Assembly: GCA_964016885.1 (NCBI GenBank)
Contig: OZ024743.1
Span: 273,792,001-273,856,000, forward strand
Direction of reading: 5' to 3'
DNA: 64,000 bases
From: Eledone cirrhosa
Taxonomy: Eukaryota
The position numbers and the translations under genes were made by a program. The notes under the pieces are model-generated. The model was not told where the DNA came from and did not search any database. It saw only the letters and a list, made by a program, of their open reading frames with translations. Below are positions 13,968-28,789 of this stretch, in pieces. Numbering within the stretch: position 1 is the first letter of the stretch; every line of letters begins with the position of its first letter.

Positions 13968-15422
13968 TACAGATAGATATAGTGTCCGGTATCTTGGTGT
14001 ATCTTTATTTTGTTTTCGTTTGATTTAGTCTCTGATAGTCCGACAATATCCCAGTTTACTTTCTCAAGTTCATACATCATTGTCTCAAGAGAGTTGGTAT
14101 TACGGTCATTGGTGGTACGTGTGTTGTATGTGCAGATATTAAAGGTATTTTTCTTTGTCTGGGTGTTTCTTCTATTCACATAAATCAAATCAGTCCGAGG
14201 TTGCTGGTGTGATCCCCTACACATAGCTGTCACATCAGTCTGGGGCTGCAGGTGTTCCCTCCTGTTCACTCTTCGAGGGTCCGGAGGTAGCCTCCTCTGT
14301 ACAACGAATCTTTGAGCTGACTTTTTCCTGTTAATTTTATGAGCCTACTCTTTCATGCTGCCTCAATGCAAATTGGAAGGGAGCATCTGTAAGGTAACGC
14401 AAAAACAGTGTTTTTATCGTGACACCATCAGTAGGTGGGTTGTCAACCAAGACTCAGAAAGACTACACCCACCCTCATTAAGAGAGGCTATCTCGCGCCA
14501 GATCTTAACTTGGTACTGTAACCTTCGCGGTATATACATATATGAATATATATATGCACGCATACATACATTACTCTGTATAGTTATAGTTGCACTTATC
14601 TACCAAATTGAAGAGGAATGCTCCTCTGGCTATCAAATACAAGGTATAATCCTATCAATTCTTTGCTATGCAGACGATCTGGCCATCATGAGTTACTCTA
14701 GAACTGATCTGCCAAGACTTTCTGAATGTACTGGCCAAATATTCGCTTGAGGCTGACTTACGCATTAGCATCTCCAAAACAAAGTGTATGACAACTGATA
14801 AAATCAATGCCAATCTCAATCTACAACCATCAAATTGCTTAAGTTACGGGGTTTGTATATCTCGGTTACAAACTATCATCAAACAACAACGGAATGATTG
14901 CTGCGCATTATCGCATCGCTCTAGGCTGGGTATCTTTCAGCAAGAACAAGGAAGTACTAACATCAAAACGAGTTTCCTATCATTTGGAGGCTAAGATCTT
15001 CGATACTTATATCCTACCAGTTATGTTATATGGTCTTCATTGTGTTAATTGACGACAAGGTCACTTCGGAAGCTCTCTACATTCCAGAACCACATCACGA
15101 GACTTATAACTGGTAACTGGCTCAGCGACCGTATCTATGTCAGTGAGCTGCTCAGCATCAATTTCAGGTCAAGAAATCTCAAACTATACGGTCATAGAAT
15201 AAGATAAACTCCTGGTGTGAGTAGTTTATGCCTAGAAGGAAGGTTGGCTGGTAAGAAAAACAAAGGTCGGCAGCCAAAACGATGGCTTGATAATGTCAAC
15301 CTACGGACTGGACTTGATATTTACTCTTTAAACTCTGCTGCTGGTGATCGAAATTTGTGAATAAAAAATATTACATGTTGAGGCGCAGTCTGCAACTGGC
15401 GGAGTTTGGCGTCAAGAAAGAA
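13968..15422. mobile_element. RTE-type LINE insertion with inverted 5' part (5'UTR + EN start on -, 13968-~14530; RT 3' end on +, ~14590-15422)
   Basis: Minus: NICTYNTRT...WDIVGLSETK. Plus: ILCYADDLA, then degenerate YILPVMLYG and GRQPKRWLD, AAG-rich tail. 13-bp TSD ATAAAGATAATTT at 13955-13967 and 15423-15435. Confidence 0.82.
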
Positions 15423-16087
15423 ATAAAGATAATTTATAACTGTGTATGCTATTCCTATTAATGATTACATTAAACTGAATTAGGAACATAAGAATCTGAA
15501 GTTGAATTATCCATTTTTTGGATAAATATATAGTGAACAGAGTAAAAAGCTGTGGAGTATATCATATGTTTAATATTATTAATTAAATGTATGTGTTTTG
15601 ATTACCTGATTGTACGTATGTGTGCATGTATGTATGTACGTATATATGCATGTATGTATTTATTCTTGTATGCATGTATGTATTTTATATGTGGGATTGG
15701 CCCAGTGCAAAGCCTTTCCTCACTTAAAAGAAGCTGTGATGTCCATGCTTAAGTAGCAAGCGGTGGCAGCCATCATGTATGTATTATGTATGTATGTTGA
15801 TATATTTTTACAGAGCATTTACTTAATCATAACACAAGAAGTATCAATGTGGGCCACGGGTATCGAACGCTTCAGGACGTTTTAACATTATCATTGAATA
15901 AGAATGTTCATTCAGTGCGTACTGTGAATATATATTAACGACTTATTTCATAGAACTAGGTAACTATATTAATGGAAGAAAGAAGGCACTCTAGACACAA
16001 TTAAACTAGATTAAAGTAGAATAATTCCCTTTTGGATATCTATTTTTGTTTTCCTTTTGGATCAAAATGCTAGAATCTACCGCTAAA

Positions 16088-16143
<56 letters not shown>

Positions 16144-16859
16144 TATAACTTATTTGATTATTAATAGATAATTCTATTATTCAGGAAAAGTAGAAATCGG
16201 CGAGAATATAAAAAGAAATTATTGCTAATGGATAGTGCTGCATAAAATGATTCTTTTTTTTACATATTTATATTTGTAGAAAGAATGTTGTAGATAAAAT
16301 TAAATGGCTCTGTAAAACGAAATATTTGTATTGTTTGATTCATGAAATTCCCCGTGAATAATTGCAGTCTATAACCGTACCACTTATAAATATTATACTA
16401 AATATTAAGATATCTATTCCGTATATATATATATCTGTGTATGTTTTAGTTTTTAAAAGTTGAACCAAAACGTATTTCTCAAATTTTAGACAGCTTCCTA
16501 TATTTTGGAGAACCACAGTAAAACATGAGTGTGGGCAATGTATAAAGTGAATCGTACTAATCATTACTTTCATCAATCTCCGTAGATCGTAGAATTCAGT
16601 CGGGGTATTTATATTTAATACATAAATGAACATCTACCGGTCTGTGGTCTGCAGAAACTTTTCATTGTTTTAAATACAGTGGATCAAGGATAGATTATTT
16701 AGAAACATATTACCCAAGTCTCCCATTAAATTGTCAGTATCGAATCTTTTTTATAAATGTCGCATGAAGGATCTGCTTCAAATCTGTGTACGTATGGTAT
16801 GTTTTCGATACACACATACATACATATAAATGCATATATACACACACACACCACACACA

Positions 16860-17883
<1,024 letters not shown>

Positions 17884-18110
17884 GAGATATGAATAGATAG
17901 ATAGATATTGATATATATATTGATAAGTACTGGGACGGGGAAGCGGTAACTAGCCGAAACATCTGAACACTCGCTAGATCCGCTACTTCTACTTACAATA
18001 TGCATATAGCGAGATGATACCCTTGATTGTGCCCTCATCTGATCGATATTAAAATAATTGTAATATATAAATAAACTTTGTACATATGATGCAGCACTGA
18101 CTTCGACCCT

Positions 18111-18193
<83 letters not shown>

Positions 18194-18282
18194 CCTCTCT
18201 CTCTCTCTCTCTCTTTCTCTTCATATATATATATATACGAAAGACGTAAAACAAGAAAATAATTGTAACTTACTTGAGTTTC

Positions 18283-18359
18283 ACTCCAACTATTTAGTTT
18301 CTGAAAGGGGATATACATAGTGTTCAAATCTATGGAGAATCCTTTCTTCATCAGGGAGT
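18283..18359 (-). ncRNA. Type I hammerhead ribozyme with long stem II
   Basis: Minus strand: ACTCC-CTGATGA-A-GAAAGG..CATAG..CTATG..CCTTTC-A-GAAA-CTA-AA-TAG-TT-GGAGT. Confidence 0.8.
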
Positions 18360-18617
18360 CAATTCTCGGCTAAGATCCCTGGCGATAGGCGGACATAGGG
18401 AGCTCAATCAAAAATAATTCAGTGAATGGAAAAAAAGCAGGCGCGGACTAAATTTCAAGACACTGAAAATTTCACTGCCTTCCGGCTCAGTGACAAATTC
18501 AAAAGACTCAATCACGTGACATCGAGGTTAATCAGTGAGTAGTGGGGTGTTAAAAAGATAGTAGCCAAAATGTTACTATGAACCATAGTAGTAATTTAGG
18601 CAAATTTTTGCTCAACA

Positions 18618-18655
<38 letters not shown>

Positions 18656-18798
18656 CATTGGCGGGGTCTGTACTAAGAACATAATGAGTTGGAACAATTA
18701 CTATTAATACTTTACGATGATCCGATCATTCCGTCGGATGAATAATGTCTGTTACTCTAATGACTGTCAATCTTCCGGCCTTCTAGGTATATAGAATA

Positions 18799-18972
18799 TA
18801 ATTGTTTCTACAGTTGGCACAAGACCAGCAAATTACCCAGTACATTTCTGGTACTTTATTTTATCGACCCCGTGAGGGTGAAAGGCAAAGTTAACCTCGA
18901 CGGGATTTGAACTCAGACCGTAAATGGACGTAACTATCATAGAAAGCATGGCGTCCAACCCTCTACCGATAT
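18799..18972 (-). mobile_element. tRNA-derived SINE, family 1
   Basis: Reverse complement of B-box (GGATTTGAACTC) and core (GGTACTTTATTTTATCGACCCC). Confidence 0.85.
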
Positions 18973-20838
18973 AATCAGAATATAATATATTATTTATTTC
19001 CTCAGAAGAACTTGAGTACATTTCATTTTAGTTTCGATAGCGCTAGTTACATAAATTAATTACTCTATAACATTTTTATAATTTATGGATCATTTCCAAT
19101 GGTGTTATTTTGAAATTAACATGTTATTTACTATGTAATTTGATCATAGACTGTCTAAGTGCACATTTTCCAATACGCTATTGCTGAAAGCCTTATGTTC
19201 GGCAATGTTAGTTAATTCTATATATAATTACTCTTCTATATTCGCCGTTGTTTTATCAACTGTGTATCACATGTTTTCTATATATTTCTTTGTACCGTTT
19301 AATTTAGATTTGATTTCTGTAGTCCTGTAGATAGCTTACCAGACCTTAATGTGTCGGTATATTTTAACATTTTCCCCGTTTTTACATTAGATAAAGTGTT
19401 TATTTTTTATTTTTTATGAAATCACTTGTTGCCCGAAGAGATCGTTTGGTTCGTGGTTTTATTTTACCGCTATTTTTATACAGTGTTATAGAATAATGAA
19501 ATATATAAATTAAATGGTATGTCTTTTGTATAGTGTAATGTTGTTACTGCTGCTGTGGACTGAGTGACGTGCATGAAATAGTTGATATGATATGGAAATA
19601 GTATTGGCGATTATGTTTTAGAAAATCATGACATCTGCAACCTCATTAACAAAAATATAATGGCAGGCTCTTTAAAATGTAATGTGTCACGCGGCAAGGG
19701 GTAAATATATGATTTGACCCTCACGGTTGGCATGTAGCTATTTCGTATGATACGTTGGTGCTTATAATGTCTAAATCCATGTCGCTATTCAACGCCAACA
19801 CCTAGCATTTAGGTGCCTTGAGCAATGTCTCTGCTATTTCAGTTATTCGACCAACTATCTGATCTGAGGCAGATATCCTCTATTCAATCACCAGACCTAT
19901 ATGCCTTAAATGCGGTAACCGCACACGTCATTTCCCCTTTGATTATATCTAGTAAACAAACTTGATTTATAACAAAACTATCTCATTCACTTGAAAAGTG
20001 TTTTTAATATCAATCGGCCTTTGCAATGCATAAAAATATAAATATTCGATCGAGCAAGGTAGCGTCAAAACAACTTTCGATACCGTGGGAATATTTTAAC
20101 CGTTTCTCTGCAATTGGTGCCATTTTATTTTATTTATTTATTCTTATTTATATTTTTCTTTGCTGACACTGCTTTGTCATATATTTCCCTATATCCCGTT
20201 CTATCAGCTTGTAAATACCGTCTCATGCACGTAATCAATAAGAAAGTAATTATTTCAAAATTAATATTAGTTTTATTTATAAGGTAAATGTTAATTAGTT
20301 TTATTCATATGATGACCTGTTGTGTATATTGTATTTTTCTTTACTTCTTGTTACACGTTATAAATAATCATTTTCTTATTTTGCGATAATTAACCAATCC
20401 GACACCTTTGTATCTATTGGATTAGCCAGCATTCTAATTGAAATTTGCAATCTATTCAAAATCTATATCTTCATAGAGATTGTATAATGTATTTACTAAT
20501 GAAAAATGTTTTCCCGAAAATATAATCAGATTTAGCAACATTTGAGAACGCTGTTTTGTATTTCTTAGATTTAAACTCATTTTGGGTTTACATAGTTTAT
20601 TTAAATGTGAAATGGTTATTTAAAAATAGTATTAATGTCTTTCATGTAACGGGAAATTAAAAGATAAAGAATATAGTAATTTACTTTCGAATACAAATGA
20701 TATTTTACACGGTGTTTATTTTAAACATATTAATTCTTGAAGGTGAATTGTTTATTCTTGCTGTGATACTATTTTCTCTATTTGTATAGAGAAATATAGC
20801 AAAAGCTACAAGAAGAAATAATTTTGAGCTGTTTTTCA

Positions 20839-20907
20839 ATGGCATCAGTAGCGTATGAGTCGCAAGATTCAACGGATTTTACCGTTATAAATTCAGAGTA
20901 TCTCCAG
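20839..20907 (+). CDS. Candidate alternative first coding exon (MASVAYESQDSTDFTVINSEYLQ)
   Basis: ATGG start, CAG|GTAATG phase-0 donor compatible with the 42124 acceptor; possible acceptor TTTGTATAG at ~20789. No homology evidence. Confidence 0.3.
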
Positions 20908-20944
20908 GTAATGTTTCATATCATACTTCTCACGGCGATCAAGT

Positions 20945-21168
20945 GCGTACCGCTCACAAATACTGCTGCAGATCCACTGTGATCTCTTTCGGCCTCCATA
21001 CACTGTCATGCTATATATTGCCGGGTCCATCTCATGCCATGCTGCTCTCAACGAGGTCATAAATCATGGCCTGGACGCAACGAGTTTCTTTTCCAAGCTG
21101 AAGGAGAGGGGCAAGTCAGACGGTACAGCCAAAGACCGTACGGCATGACAATCTTTCCGTGCCACCGG
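20945..21168 (+). mobile_element. CRE-like fragment (Cys/His knuckle to RPDG region), degenerate
   Basis: Reads HKYCCRSTVISFGLHTLSC...HAALNEVI...QRPYGMTIFP, the segment that precedes WDATC in CRE-like proteins. Confidence 0.6.
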
Positions 21169-21308
21169 AGTAGGCTTCTCACCAGCCGAAGTGGCTTTTC
21201 CAGCACGTCTCTCTCACCGTCTTCTCTATTCTAATCGCGTGGTACACGAGGGGCTCTAAATCCTATAATAATCATAACTTCAGAACTATACTATGCGAAT
21301 AACATAAC

Positions 21309-21423
<115 letters not shown>

Positions 21424-21566
21424 AGCATCTTGTATCAATTCAGGACGTGTCAAATAAAATAATTACTACACCAATTAACTCACTAAGGATACAGAAAGAT
21501 GTATGTGTGTGGATAGAGAGAAAAGGTGGGTGGAGAATCGACACCAATGTCTGATTGGTACTTTAT

Positions 21567-21960
21567 TTATCGGCCTGATACGCGATGGGGCCCACCCACA
21601 GCCCCGGCGGTTAGAATGGAGAAGGCGTTTCCCCGGAGGACAGCAAAGGAGACGCGCTGGAAACGCCACTCCAACTCGCGGGGCTCACACCTGCGGCTGG
21701 CCAGCTCAGTGCCTATGGTGGTGAGTAAGGAGGTAGCCCTGGGGCCGAGGACACCAGAAATCTCCACTGCGAGTGGTACGACCGCAAACCTGTCGGAGAG
21801 CGACCGGTATTTGAGGAGTTTAGCCTCCTTAGCCCGACGTGCAGCAAAACCTCGGTCAGTCGCAGACTGCAGCAGGTTGCGGCTGCAGAAAGTGTCGGTG
21901 CAAGTTGCATCCCAGACGAGGGGTTTGCCATCGCGGAACGGGAAGATGGTCTTCAAGACA
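21567..21960 (-). mobile_element. CRE-like non-LTR retrotransposon 3' end (restriction-like endonuclease)
   Basis: WDATCTDT...KLLKY...VPLAVEISGVLG...FQRVSFAVLRGNA motif series. Confidence 0.8.
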
Positions 21961-22456
21961 TATTGATTTCATATTGTTTTGTCATCATTACTGCTGCACC
22001 AGTCCTTCTTAAGAATTATTGGCTTCTCATGTCGTTGTTTCATATCAATATTTCTAAATTATTCGGCGCCTATGCTCATACGAACAGCTCCCTCAATTCC
22101 ATTTTAAGTCCCTTTATTTTTCTACCATTTATAGTTCTTTTTGTCAGAATGATTCAAGACATCTAAGAAGCGATCAAGGTGTCAGTAATTATTTTTTCTA
22201 AAAGAAAAAATCAAACAGAGTTTATCGGAACTGCGTAACCAACACATCGTTATATATCAGATTTAGGGTGTGTTTACATTATTTACTTTCACGTGTGATG
22301 TGACAGGACTTGTATATTGTCCAGTAGTTATTGATATGTACATATTTGGACATGTTTGCTGTTTTGTAAAGAGTAGGTAATCCGAAACAAAGTAATTGAT
22401 AATATCTTCATAGTGTGCATTTAATGTTACTGTAACGTGTTGCCATTATTGTTTTA

Positions 22457-22823
22457 GTCGGTGGATTGGCAGTATCGGTAGAGGGTCAGACGCCATGCTT
22501 CGCAGCAAAGAGTTACAGCCCTTTATGATCTGAGTTCAAATCCCGCTGAGGTTAACTTTACCTTTCATCCTTACGGGGTCGATAAAATAAAGTACAAGTA
22601 ATACACTGGTTAATTGCTGGCCTTGTGCCAAAAGTAGAAACTATTATTGTTTTAGGCGGTGGATTGACAGTATCAGTAGACGGTCGGACGCCATACGTTG
22701 CAGCATAGAATTACGGTCTCAGTTCAAATCGACTTTGTCTTTAATCCTTGTGGGGTCGATAAAATAAAACACTAGTAATGCACTGGCGTAATTTCTGGCC
22801 TTGTGCCAAAAGCAGAAACAATT
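22457..22823 (+). mobile_element. Two tandem family 1 SINEs (22457-22643, 22655-22823)
   Basis: Head-core-tail (GGCCTTGTGCCAAAAG.AGAAAC) repeated twice. Confidence 0.85.
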
Positions 22824-24289
22824 ATTGTTTCAGGGCATTTGTTTGAATTTTGAAATCACTGATGTATCCATGTACAATTCTGAATATATTTTCTAAATGG
22901 ATAATGCATATTTTCCACAATGCCCCTCTCTTTCAGTCTGCTGGTTTCTTTCTCTATAAAATTAGTAAACTTTTAAAATCGATTTTTAAATAGGATTTTT
23001 AAGGGAGTATGGTGATAGATTGATTCGTATATATTCCCATTGTTGCGTGTGTTTTCGTGTTAGTGGTACGTCGTTGCTGTTAACGGATTTTCACGTTTAC
23101 ATCCATAGTTTTTCGTTGTATTTATATATCCTTTCACGCCATAGATTCAAGTCTTCTATTAACGTATAATTATCAGGAAGATAAGTAAGTAGTCTTACTT
23201 TTTGACAGTACAGATATTTGCGCTTTATATACTTTTATGAAATAGTACTGGTTTGGCACTAATTGTCAATATTTGTTATTCTACAAATCTTATTTGCGTT
23301 GATCCTGTTCTGTGTAGTAATATACTGAACGTTTTGCGATAGATTAATGTGCTGCAATGCCAGGACAGTAGCTAACTTCATGCATAACGGATAAGTGCTG
23401 AATCTAGAATTGTAAGATTATACCACTTCCAGAAACCTTTCAAATCCTAGCAATCTTCAGTATATAAATTATTCGTTAGTAATGCTGGGTCATGATTATG
23501 AAATTCTCTACTATCTTTTTTTTTCATCCTATGTACATTTGAATTATTCTCTATACTTTGCTTATATATGAGCATCCAATATAATTGCATTTCTGTTCCT
23601 TGGTGTACCTTCCATTATTTTTTCTTTTACTGGTGTTCTGCTCGAACATACACATTTTGTCTGAAACTACTTGATTACGGTGTTACAATGACTCATATTC
23701 TCAAAAACAACTTTATGTTCTGGCGTGTTTTTGTACAGAATAATTTGTTTTCCCTTACAGGACCATTAGCTTCTTTTTAGTAATTTCTTCCTTCATTTTT
23801 ATATGAAACTGCTCGCTTCCTATTTTGCTAATTAGGAACATACTTTTAAAAAAAATATTAATCGATTTTGTATTGCAGCATTTTCTCCGACTATATTGTG
23901 GTCGGCATGGGTGGGACGGGGCGCGCATTAATTACACTCAATCCTAACTCCCTCCATGCTGTTATGACTGCAGAATAAAGTGAACGATTTGGTAGAGTAT
24001 CCATGTTACGGTTTACTTCCGAGAAAAGCTTTTTATATTGTCCCTGTTCTACTCGCCTACACATAGCAAAAATATGTTTACGTGTAGATTGGCGATGTTC
24101 TTCATTGATTGCCATTGTTTTATTACATTTTTTTGTTTCTCTTGATTTGTTTAAATTTTGTTATTTCGTATTTTCTTGGGATGTGTGAGGTTACTCTATT
24201 TTTTGTTACTTGTAGTATGTTATGTGCTTTGTTGCGCTATTGTTCCTCAAAGCACATATTTTTGATTTTCCCATTTAATCAAGGATAGT

Positions 24290-24392
24290 AGGATAGCCGA
24301 CATGCCCTATTATATTGCAGGGATTTAGAGACTGGTTAAAAGGATAGCCGGCATGCCCTATTATATTGCAGGGATTTAGAGACTGGTTAAAA
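24290..24392. repeat. Tandem duplication, 51 bp x2
   Basis: AGGATAGCCG(A/G)CATGCCCTATTATATTGCAGGGATTTAGAGACTGGTTAAA twice. Confidence 0.9.
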
Positions 24393-24978
24393 AGTGTATT
24401 CATTTACCTCGCGTTAAAGTTGCCAAAAGTGTAAATTCTCTTAAATTTATCCAAGAACAGTGCGCCAGAGATAGTCCTGGTGATATAATGTGGCAACATC
24501 TCTGAGTTCAATCCGGAGCAAATACCACAAGGTATCACAAACGCTCTAATAATTCCGCCTCTTCCCTGTCCCAAAAGATGAAATGTTTGATTTCAGGGAC
24601 ATTTGGTTTTCTTTCGAATTACAGATATTTATATGACAAACCTATATACATATTTCTCCGTTTCTTTGTTCTTGTTTTGCTAAAAACGATTTCCTTTGTC
24701 GCCTACACCTTTTTCCAATCGCCTTGCTCAAACGTAACATAGGAAATAATGCTTCAAACATCAAATCTTATCTCACATATAGTATACTGTAATCGCCAGA
24801 TCGGAAATCATATATATATATATATATATATACATATAAATATATATATATATATATACATAAATTAAATTAACCGATATGAAAGACACAGAAGCGAAAA
24901 CCAACCAAACAGTGAGTGTGTTCTGTTATTAATTCTGGCAATATTATTACACAAAGTTGACCCTCCCCAAGTATAGCA

Positions 24979-25009
<31 letters not shown>

Positions 25010-25079
25010 AAAGTTCTATTTAGATTGTTGGGATACAACAAGCAAATCTTTTTTTACAAATATTTGGAGTAAAAATACG

Positions 25080-25218
25080 ATGTTAACAAATAGAAACTAT
25101 ATTTATAAAACCACATTTATTTCATTATACATATTTCAAGGACACCATGGTTTGCTTGAAATATGTATAATGAAATAAATCTGGTTTTATAAATATAGTT
25201 TCCATTTGTTAATATCGT
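25080..25218. repeat. Fold-back inverted repeat; same family at ~56473-56573
   Basis: GAAACTATATTTATAAAACCA...ATTTCAAG / CTTGAAAT...TGGTTTTATAAATATAGTTTC. Confidence 0.8.
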
Positions 25219-25264
25219 ATTATATATATATATATATGTGTGTATATATATATAAGTATCTATG

Positions 25265-25329
<65 letters not shown>

Positions 25330-25352
25330 ATCTATATGTATTTATATTTATA

Positions 25353-25405
<53 letters not shown>

Positions 25406-25473
25406 GTATACATATAGATACATATATATATATGTATATATATATAAATGTATATATATGTATTTGTATATAG

Positions 25474-25531
<58 letters not shown>

Positions 25532-25624
25532 TATATGTTGGTTGTATACCAACACCTCAGTATGCAGCTGGAGCACTCGACGAAGTGCGCAGGTTGGTTT
25601 GGTTACTCCGGAGTAACGTAAAAT

Positions 25625-26020
25625 AAAGTTAAATAAAAAGTCAAATGTTTAAAATTTAGCTTCGTTTATTACTGCTATCTATATTTCAGTGACAGCCATC
25701 TTTGGCTGTGACCTCTTTAGGCAGTCCGAATTAGTGTGGTATAGACAGTTACATATGTTGTTGAGGTGTATAATGTTGTCAATACTCTGATATGTCCAGT
25801 CATATGACTCCAGTTCCTCAGAGAAATAACAACCTAACCAGGAACTGGACATATCAGAGTATTGACAATATTATACACCTTAACAATATATGTACTTCTC
25901 TATACCACATTAATTCGGACTGCCTGAAGAGGTCACAGCCAAAGATCGCTGTTACTGAAATAAAGATAGCAGTAATAAACGAAGCTAAATTTTAAACATT
26001 TGACTTTTTATTTAACTTTA
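25625..26020. repeat. Fold-back inverted repeat (~175-bp arms) carrying an HHR
   Basis: ~25625-25800 vs ~25843-26020 reverse complement; (TA)n on both outer sides. Confidence 0.88.
25919..25973 (+). ncRNA. Minimal type I hammerhead ribozyme in an inverted repeat
   Basis: ACTGC-CTGAAGA-GGTCACAGC..GCTGTTACT-GAAA-T-AAAG-ATA-GCAGT; antisense copy at ~25671-25725 has a perfect stem II but a CTAAAGA core. Confidence 0.78.
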
Positions 26021-26078
26021 TTTTATATATATATATATATATATGTAAATATATATATATATGTGTATATATATATGT

Positions 26079-26144
<66 letters not shown>

Positions 26145-26150
26145 GTATTT

Positions 26151-26207
<57 letters not shown>

Positions 26208-26218
26208 CATACACACAA

Positions 26219-26251
<33 letters not shown>

Positions 26252-26591
26252 ATTATATTTATAATTGTATTTATTTTCCTGATTTTTTCTTAAATTAAGA
26301 CTGGCAAACCCTATTGTCTATAGTTAGTATTCTCTACACATTAGCGGATCTGGTCCCTTACGATTTGAAGACATATATGTATATATCTGTGTTCGTTTTT
26401 CTCTTATATTCAATTATAATATACGGCTCGGAAAAATCTCTTTCCTAGAGCTATTTTATTGTAAGAGACTATTTTAAGTTTCTAACTCAATATATACCTT
26501 TGATATATATACTTATATATATATAAACAGCAAATTATAAACGTAAACATGTAAGTATGTTTTTGAAACGGTGCGCGAGTTTGAATTTAGA

Positions 26592-26806
26592 ATTTAGAAA
26601 TTATAAGCTTTCACCGTATTTTAGACTAAAGAAATTTCTAGCCTGATAGTGGGGTTTATAACCCTCGGAGAAATGGAAAAAGATGAGTGTTGCAGTAAAT
26701 GTTGCCATGTACGGCAACACTCATCTTTTTACATTTCTCCGAGGGTTATAAACCCCACTATCAGGCTAGAAATTTCTTTAGTCTAAAATACGGTGAAAGC
26801 TTATAA

Positions 26807-26813
<7 letters not shown>
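26592..26813. repeat. Fold-back inverted repeat (~100-bp near-perfect arms)
   Basis: TTAGAAATTATAAGCTTTCACCG...GAGTGTTGC / GCAACACTC...CGGTGAAAGCTTATAATTTCTAA. Confidence 0.88.
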
Positions 26814-26896
<83 letters not shown>

Positions 26897-26898
<2 letters not shown>

Positions 26899-27681
26899 TC
26901 CCTTCCTTCAGGTGGAACTCTCGTGGTATCCAACAACATCAGAGACTTGGTAGTAATTGTGGATAACAACATAAGCTGGGCCACTCATATAAACATCAAA
27001 GTTGACATGCCCCGCAGAATATGTTCCTGGATTCTCAGAACTTTCCAGTCGAGTGATATCCGCACCATTATGCTTCTCTTCTCCACTTTGCCCGGCCACA
27101 ACTTGAATATTGTGGTCTCTGCCCGCACGAGACAAACTATCATGAATGTTGAAGCACCTCAAAGCTCAATTTCAAAAAAGATAGATGGACTGACAGGCCT
27201 TGACTACTGGCATCGACTAGAAAGGCTCAAACTTTATCCTCACTAACATCACTGTGAATGCTACATCATCTGCATGATGTGGAAAATATTCCTTCAACAT
27301 TGCCCAAATGATGTTGGCATCACCTTTAATGTACAACCAGGGCTTGGGCCCCGCGCTATCCACCCGCCAAAAAAATCACACACGCATCTCATAACAACAA
27401 TACGACACAATATTTCACCTCCATTGGCCCCACTCTCTTTAACATTACACCAAAACACATTAAAATAGAAACAGAGCCCATAAAGCTCAGGAAGTCTTTG
27501 GACAAAATCCTTCAAGAAATCCTGGTTAAACCTCCTACAACCGGATCTGTGTCCGTAAACATTAACTCCCTACTTGTCAAGGCTCATGGTGTCCAAATCC
27601 TGATTTGAAAGGCTTCGCCAGGTATTAAGCTAGGGATTGTCTGGGCCAAGACAAGCCGAAACCTATCATATTCACCACATT

Positions 27682-27685
<4 letters not shown>
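26897..27685 (+). mobile_element. CR1-like LINE 3' fragment, degenerate
   Basis: RDLVVIVDNNISWATHI...WILRTF...LDYWHRLERLKLY, typical of the post-RT region of CR1/L2-group elements; flanked by (TA)n. Confidence 0.75.
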
Positions 27686-27745
<60 letters not shown>

Positions 27746-27755
27746 CTACCTATAC

Positions 27756-27836
<81 letters not shown>

Positions 27837-27839
<3 letters not shown>

Positions 27840-28282
27840 GTTTCTATTTTAGGCACAAGGCCAGCAATAACCCAGTACATTACTGGTACTTTATTGTATC
27901 GACCCCGTAGGGATGAAAGGCAAAGTTAACCTAGAATGGAGGCACATGGCTTAGTGGTTAGAGCATTGGCCTTGCAATCGAAAGGTTGTGAGTTCAATTC
28001 TCAGACCGGGTGATGTGTTGTTTCCTTGTGCAAGACACTTATTTCACATTGCTCCAGTTTACTTAGTTGTAGAAATGAGATGATAGGGACTGGTGTCCCT
28101 ATCATTCCACTGCAAAGTGGTCGTGTAGGTGCCACAGCAAATTAGCACCCAGTACTCACTGTAAATGAGGTTGGTGTTAGGAAGGGCATCCAGCTGTAGA
28201 AATCAAGGCAGAATCAGTTCCCGTCCCACCCTTGCAAGCAGGGAAAAGCGGACGTAAAATGAAATCATTATGATGATGATGA
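27837..28282. mobile_element. Family 1 SINE 3' half (-, 27837-27932) abutting a family 2 CORE-like SINE (+, 27939-28282)
   Basis: Family 2: TGGCTTAGTGG A-box, GAGTTCAATTC B-box, CCTTG.GCAAGACACTT core, (GAT)n tail; partial copy at 29919-30025. Confidence 0.8.
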
Positions 28283-28607
28283 TATTTGCTCTAATCAGAT
28301 TAGAGCAAACATCACGGGTGCTCTGTCTCAAAATTATTTTTGAAAAGCATTAGAAATGCGCAACCGGTAAAAACTTAAAACCAAAACGGAATACTAACCC
28401 ATACTATTACTAATTTTAACATATTCCTAATTAAACTATTTTTCACTGGGAACAATTTGTCAGCATTTTCTTTTCCTTTTACCAATATATCATAACTCGT
28501 GTGTTACACCTCTATTCTTTTAAATATATATATATATGCACACATATAAATATATAAATATATATATACATATATATATATTTATATATATATATGTATA
28601 TATATAT

Positions 28608-28705
<98 letters not shown>

Positions 28706-28719
28706 ATATATATATATTT

Positions 28720-28754
<35 letters not shown>

Positions 28755-28789
28755 TAGACGGGTGTGTATGATTGTGTATAGAAGATTAT

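Noticed and set aside
14430-14530. Possible HDV-like ribozyme at the RTE 5' end
   Set aside because: Could not assemble a convincing nested double pseudoknot by eye.
24290-24392. Repeat resembling a CRISPR unit
   Set aside because: Two adjacent copies without spacers, in a eukaryotic context with no cas genes.
23300-24720. Possible very old LINE remnant on the minus strand (a GNFNA-like motif near 24410, ORF 23891-24115)
   Set aside because: Too degenerate to assign by eye; needs a translated search.
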